Source of the DNA: Eutreptiella sp. 'Long Island Sound 2002' | Lineage: Eukaryota; Protista; Euglenida | Assembly (NCBI GenBank): GCA_964036045.1 | Contig: OZ038379.1 | Location: 2,666,001-2,730,000 of the forward strand | Direction: 5' to 3' | DNA: 64,000 nucleotides | Part shown: positions 57,436-64,000 of the stretch, piece after piece | How the letters are laid out: every line of letters begins with the position of its first letter | How positions within the stretch are numbered: the first letter of the stretch is position 1 | The notes under the pieces: generated by a model | The model's database searches: none | Told to the model about the DNA's origin: nothing | What the model saw: only the letters and a program-made list of their open reading frames with translations | Translations under genes and position numbers: made by a program

Positions 57436-60400
57436 GGGGCCGGAGGGGGACCCGGTTGGATCTCTGGGACGCTTGTGAAGCGGACGAGAGTGACACAGTC
57501 ACCGATTGTGCCATGCCCTGAGTGCGTCCCTTCTTTTTTAGTGTGTGTGTGTGTGTGTGGGTGTGTGTGTGCTGAAGGCGCTGTTACTGAAAGGCAATGG
57601 CCGGGATGTCGCACCAATGGAAACTGGTGGACGGGTGGGCCCTGAACCCAACCGTAGGCTAAGCCTCAAAGGACCACCCTGTGGCGGGGGCTGTTTGCGG
57701 TGCGGGGGCTGCTACCTGCGCTGACCTGGCAATGGCCCCTGTTCGGCGGTGGACCAGCTCGCGCGTGTTATGGAGGGCCCAAAATGCTGCCTGTGAACCG
57801 GCAGTAGGTAAGCCTATGCCTATTTTCCAAGAGAGATCGAGGCGGCGAAGCCAAGCGGGGGGCGTTGAAGCATGTGTACACGTGTGCGGCATGGGTGTGG
57901 GGCTGCTCGCCTGTTGCAGCATGAGCCGGTGGTCGTTTGATTGGAGGACAAGTGCACAAGATGTGCACGTGCAGATGTGGTAGACGGGCCCATCCCCATG
58001 CGATGCACATGACAGTGCGCGCGGGTCTTCAGACAGCCAGCAACGCGCCGTGCAGCTCCCCCGAGTGCTTGATATGTCTGTCCAGCAGTGCACACGCACG
58101 TCCACAACACTTCTGGCGTGCAATCTGTGTCTTCCCTTTTCCTGACCTTCATCTTATAACATCTGACCTCCCTAAATGTTCCCACTTCCGGGTCATCCCA
58201 GGCAGGCTTCCCGCCGTCATACGGCATTTCCATACATAAGCGTGCACACGGTATGGCCGTTTCAACAGCTGTGTTCGTAATGCACGCCTGGGAGCACGGT
58301 TTGCCCTTCCCGAGGCACTGCCCAAGAGATGTGCACATCAGCACCTTGCATGCACCATGTTGCTCCAGTTCGTCTGCATACACTGAATGAGCCGTGTGAA
58401 TCCAGTTTACTGCAAAAGGGGTGTTCGTGTGTTGTGCGCACGCTGTGCGCACATTTTGGGCAGTGCTGCACCAACACTGTAGGGCAGTGGGGACCAGGCT
58501 TGTGCTTGGTGTGGCGGGTACCCTACCCCCGGGGGTGGGTGGGTCGAAGGCCCAAACAAACTGTGCACCTGACTGGGACCTTTCGGGCCTTTCGGGCCCT
58601 TTTGATCAATTGCTTTTTTTCCCGAGGAAAAATCTTCTGATGTCGGTGGGTGGATGTGTCAGTTGTTGGCCACCCCATTGTTGCTGTTTGGAACCGCCAA
58701 TTTAAGTGCTTCTACCCACATGCCCCCCCATTTTTTAACCTTTTTTGCTCCTTGTAGCTGGAGAACCTCTCGCAAATGTACCTACGTCACTTCTCTTTGC
58801 TTTGGAGACCCATGTGCGGCCAGGTTAGGTTGGAAAGTTTCCTAGCCCATGAGCTCAAACCAATCAGTACGCTTTCCTTCCTAGTACGTGCACAAGAACC
58901 ACCATGCGGCCTTCTTCCACCTTTACCCCCCTCCCCCCAAACCACTGTTTTGGCACTGCATTCAAGCAACAATTGGGAGGGACAAAGTCTTGAGAGTTGT
59001 GGTGCTGGAGCTAAATCCTTGACGGCATTGCCTGATGAATTCTGTGGCCAAATGCCCCAGATCCCAATACTACCAAAGTGGTTCGCCCGCAGAACCGAAA
59101 GTAACCCCTTTTGTTTTGGACCTTGAAGTGCCTTGGCACACCCATGGACACATGGACATGGTGTGGTAGGAGTGCACTCACCCATGGCACAGAACAGTCT
59201 AATCTGAACTGGTGGAGGGGCTGGAGGGGCTGGCAGTGACGCCCGCCTAGATGCTGTTCATGACGTTTCCAATCCCTTGTATTTCTCACAGTGGCGCTTG
59301 CTATGGGAAGGCCATTTGCAAGAGGTGCATGTCATCGCCGTAGTGTTTCAAAGGTGTCCAGTGGACTTTGTCGAATCAGGGGAAAACTCAAGGAAATGTT
59401 CAAAGAGCCGAGGAGGAGGCCCTTGCAGAACCGCCCCCCCCCCCCCCAACTAGACCAAATTCATTTCAGTGGGGAAGAGAGGCAGCACTCAACACATGGC
59501 GCAACTGCCAGGGCAACCTGGAAGGGCTGGAAAGAGCAAATGTGCTCCGAAGGTGCGCGCAGCGCAAGTTCTGCCCCCTGGGAAATGTTTTTGTCGGCCT
59601 TTTTTTTGGTACACAAAGGTTTCTTTTGCGTACCCCCTCCCCCCCGTGCCCCCCTGATGTGTCCTTGGTAAGACCCATACACCCACCCTTCTCTTTTTGG
59701 CTGACCACTGTGCCTCACCCTTATAATCACCGTCCGTTTCAATGTCTCGTCCACTGAAGGGCCCCAAAACGAAAAAGACTAGAATCCATCTGCCGAACCT
59801 CTAACCCTGTCAACAGGGCATCCACTCTGTAGAAAATATTACCATGGCGCGGCTGTTCAAGAAGGTGTGCAGACCTTTCAGTCTAGCACCTGACTGTAAT
59901 TCGGGACCAAATGCACCCACCCACTACCCCTGCTCGCATGGCCTTGTCGAAAGCACAGCAACCCCGTCTGACCATCATTTTCGTGATTGCAGGGGTCTTC
60001 AACATAGACTGGTTGGGTACTGTGTAGTACAACTGGTGTGCAGTGCCATGGCTTTTGCGTGACCTGCTGGTGTTGGACAGGGTCATTGTTGCTGAGCAGG
60101 CTCTGGGGCAGGGATGGAGAATTGGTGGATGGTATTGGAAGTCTTAGTCTATTGCGCATGGTTGCCACTTGTTTCCTGCGGTCTCTTGTCTTCAAGTTCT
60201 GTCTGGGCGTTCTCAACTCATTATCCGAGTCTTTGGACTGAGTAAGAATCTGAGTACTCCAGTGTACAGGAACACAGTAGGTACTGCGGTCAGCTTGGCA
60301 ATCGGGAAAACGGGTCCAAAGTAGCCTAATTTTTGCACAGCACAGGCACAGCGTGCAGTGCACCCCCATAGTAGGGTCCCACGAGGTTGAAAAATCTTGG

Positions 60401-60709
60401 GGGCAGCAGTGGAAAAACTTTGCACCTTCCCCCTTGGTCATTTTGTGTCAACCCTCCACCAGCGCCACTTAACCATCTTGAAGTCCAATACCGCCCTTAG
60501 CCCCGAATAAATGGGGATGGCAATCTTCCACGGAAGGCTGGCCTTGCAACTGGTCGCATTTAAGGGGTATGCATCCTGTGCCCGCGCCAGCCCGTGGGGC
60601 AGGCCGTGTTGAACGCACATCCTCCTCATTGCCCATTTAGATCACAAATCGACTTTTTTTTTTTTAAGGGATAGCCATAGAAATGCAACCAAGCAGCAGC
60701 TGACTCACC

Positions 60710-60916
60710 CAGGGCAGGGATGCATGAGAAGGGAAGGGACCTCAGAGGCGGCCCAAGAAGCGTTGAGATAGGTGGTTGGAGGAGGTTGCCAAAGCGGTTG
60801 GGGGTTACAAATGCCATTGAAGATGGCACTTGCCGTCAGGGAGACAGCAGCTGGGCACAGGCCGGGTGCCTTGGAGGGAGGGGAGGGGTACCTCTCCCAA
60901 TTCCAACACATTGCTG
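60710..60916. mobile_element. Second, diverged copy of the 219-bp MITE
   Basis: Body aligns with 54133-54351; starts cagggcagggatgc and ends ttgctg. Flanks gactcacc (60702-60709) and gactcact (60917-60924) match 7 of 8. Confidence 0.82.
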
Positions 60917-62021
60917 GACTCACTCACCGACCAGACGTTGCACGGGTCGCTACATTTAGACCACACAACGACAACAAAGCCTCAAACAAAGACGGGCGGG
61001 CTAGAATTTGCGCGGCGAGATCTTGCCACGTATTGGACGTTGCAGTTGGGGTGATCGGAAAGTAGTTTGGGATTACCACTCTCCTCCACTGTGCTTTGAT
61101 GCCTAGCGGAGGGTAATGATTGATTCACTGTTGCCGGAGGCCGATGGAGGGTCCATTCGACAGCTTTGGCACGACTGTATCAAGATCTCCCTGTGGTGGG
61201 CAGCCGGTTGATTGCCAAGGGGTGCAATGCACAAAGCTGTCGGGTTGCACAATTGGAGTGACGAGGCTATCAATTCCGATATGCGATCACCATGCAGCTG
61301 TTGTCAACTGCCCAATCTTGGGCATGATCTAGCCGGATGCTGTGGTGAGGATTCCTGACCCGGCCCCTGCTGTGTTGCAGTGACCATATTTCCAAGCAGA
61401 GCACCGTCCTGGGACACCGCTTGCATGCGTGTGGGGCAGAGCCCTGCCTCACATGCCGCACTCAACCGCCAACCAACGGCTTTTGAGTGAGTGACACGAA
61501 TCTGACCTATTTATGTTTATTGGGGGCAGGCGGACCTTCAGGACACCCCCCCCCCCCGTCTGAAGGGCCCTGGTGCCACTCCCCCTGCACCTAGTGCATC
61601 ACAAGAACAGGGACTGACGGGACAAGGACCGACAGGGACCGAGGGGGGACCCGGCTGGACTCCATTGAGTGAACCGACGCCGTGGAACGCCCGGGGGACA
61701 CATCCGAGACGAAAACATGGGCCTCTCACTAGCAGGCCTCTAGGGCCGCGGAGGGATCAACGGCCAACACCCCCCCCCCCCCCACAAGAGGCAGAAGTGG
61801 CCCACGCCATGCCTCGCTTGGCCCGAGTGTCAGATTGTGCCTGCGCCAGCGCCACTGGCGACCGAGAGCCGGAGTTATGCTGCGCAAGCACATAAACCTC
61901 TTCCGCCCGGCTCTACAGCAAGACGGCCGCGTAGCGGAGGCGGAGGATGTCGATCCATAGGCAGCGGGAGGCACGAGTGCCAGGAGGGGGGGGGATACTC
62001 TAGAGACCTAAATGGGCGCCC

Positions 62022-62550
62022 AGTAGTACCCATAGGGGTGCCAAAGGGAGGGGGGGGGGGGGCAGTCTACACACATGAATTGGCGCTAGTTAGTACACAA
62101 AGGGTGCCAAAGGTAGGGGGGCGGCAATCCCTACACATGAAGCCAGGTAATAAACACAGGGGTGCCAAAGGGAGGGGGGAGACAATCCATACACATGAAT
62201 TGGCACCAGGTAGTACCCACAATGTGCCAAAAGGAGGGGGGGGAGACAATCCAGAGACATGAATTCATGTGTGGACCGCCCCCCTCCCCCTGCCCTTGGC
62301 ACCCCTATGTGTACTACTTGGTGCCAATTCATGACTCTCGATTGTCCTTGCCCCCACCCCCCCTTTGGCACCCCCGCCCTCTTGGGGGCCCACAAGTGGG
62401 CAGAATTGCTACCTCACCCCTGCGTTCTTGGGGATTGCCACAAGGGGGGGCAAAATCAGAAGTGGCCACATCACCCCTGCGTTCTCGGGGGTCCCCAAAA
62501 GAGGGGACAAGGTCAAAAGTGGCTACATCACCCCTGCCTTCTCGGGTGAC
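62022..62550. repeat. Composite array: about four 60-65-bp units, fold-back to inverted units, then three ~60-bp units of a dispersed family
   Basis: ggggtgccaaagg...acacatgaattgg units flip at the palindrome acatgaattcatgt (62257-62270). The tcacccctgcgttctcgggg units (62409-62550) also occur reverse-complemented near 48665-48705 and 49710-49790. Confidence 0.8.
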
Positions 62551-64000
62551 CAAATAAACTTTGTCTCAACCAAACGCTTGCTACGCAGCGAGCTATGAGG
62601 GCTGTAAAATTGCATGTACCATTCTGGTACTGCGCAAAAATGCCTGTAAAAATGCCCGTAAAAACACATGTACCATTTTCATGCAGCGGGCAAAATTGCC
62701 TATAAAATTGCATGCATCCTCGTGCGTCACTCAACTGGTGCTTTGACAAGCGTTAGTGTGTGTGGGTGGGGGTATTGAAATGCAAGCTGCGGGTTATGGA
62801 ATGGAAGCGTGCATTTTCAGAAATTAGCAGGCAATGCTCTTGCTGCGCCACCAAGCAATTTGGTCATTACGCGCTAGGCAATTCGGTGACATGTGTGTAA
62901 TTGATAGCACCTATGTGGCCTAACAATGTCATACCACACCCTTGAAAGGCAACATGCAGGGAACTTGCTATGCAATTGTTCTTTCTAATGGCACCCCATT
63001 CGCTTTCACGAATGTGCACCTCCGATACCCCTCATGCATCACAGGAAGGTCGCCCCTGCCCCCATGTAGTGTGTTGGGAAAATTGTCGAACATCGTACGC
63101 CTGGGTGGAAAAAGTTCAAAAATTGATCAGGTCAGCAATTTCGCCCCCCCCCCCCCCCCACTCGCGGTCACCGCCCCATGTGGGATGGGCCCAGACAGGG
63201 GGCCTCCACCACTAGGAAGGGCTCCGGCGGATGCCCCTCTCGGGCATGGTGCTATCCAGATGGGGTATCAGTACCACTGCCACAGTCCTGCACATTTGGA
63301 GCTGCCGTGCTGTGATGTCCTCTAGCAAGCCTCACCAGTCCAGAGACTTGCAAACCTAGTTCTGTGGTCTAATGGCTGGGGCCAGACCTCGTGCATCATG
63401 TCTTGGACGGTGCACCATTGCCCGTGTGTCTTTGACACCGTGGCATGGTGTGGGACCTGTAGTGGCTGCCATTGCTTGCGGGTGAGCACATACCGACTCC
63501 ACTGACTGCTTAACGTAGGGCCCCTAGTGCCCCCGGTCAGGATCATGAATGGACATGGTGTGTGTGTGTGTGTGTGTGTGTGGAAGTGTGTGTGTTGGAA
63601 ACTTCACTATGCCAATCTCAGACTGGGTTTGTGGTGGTTTGTGGTGGAATTGAGTCCAGTGCGGGGTAGCTGTTGACACGGGCCACCGACGAATAGGGTC
63701 GGTCTACCCTCATGCCTGGCAGGTGTTGGACACACTCCCATCCCATTCCCCCTGGTTAGATAGTCTACAATTTTCACGACGTCTACGAAAGTGTTCATAG
63801 CTACTTTGGGGTAGCAAGGTTGCTTTCTTTTGTCCATTATGGAGGAGTGCAGCTAGGTCGTTGATAATTTGCAGCGACGACTTCCAACATTTTGGCCAAT
63901 TGTTTCCAGGTGCTCTTAGTGTTGGGAACAAGGTGTTCCTTGGGTTGGGGAGTAGAATGGGGTGCGGGTAGTTGCTGGTTCGGGTAGGGAAATTTTGATA

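Noticed and set aside
52955-57617. Several long overlapping ORFs on both strands over the GC-rich exons
   Set aside because: Stop-codon scarcity at very high GC; only one frame shows third-position bias and compatible splice sites.
63322-63931. Possible further Penelope RT fragment on the minus strand
   Set aside because: Only vague resemblances (FVDV, AM, LEDI) scattered over frames; not enough to call.

Overview
Eukaryotic nuclear DNA, most likely from a photosynthetic euglenid (Euglenophyceae). This is inferred from an articulin gene, a light-harvesting-complex polyprotein pseudogene with the euglenid decapeptide linker, TTAGGG-like remnants and candidate splice/trans-splice acceptors; the species cannot be named. 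Four apparently intact host genes can be supported: a two-exon PARG-like gene with a remodelled catalytic loop (15164-17251, 5' end not found), an articulin (31540-29234, minus strand), an F-box protein (38795-39817) and a two-exon GC-rich Pro/Ser-rich gene of unknown function (53165-57435). The rest is mostly decayed mobile DNA. The most informative locus is 4.0-12.6 kb. A full-length tyrosine-recombinase (YR) retrotransposon with gag-YR-RT-RNaseH order and A1...B1-A2-B2 split direct repeats (5338-11357) sits inside an L1-like LINE at an AAAAC core. An 899-bp piece of that LINE's RT has been cut out without loss and re-inserted inverted into the guest element. Also present: Penelope-like RT fragments, hAT-like remnants, and CAG...CTG-ended MITEs whose 8-bp target duplications match the geometry of euglenid nonconventional introns. 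All family assignments come from motifs read by eye; no database search was run.
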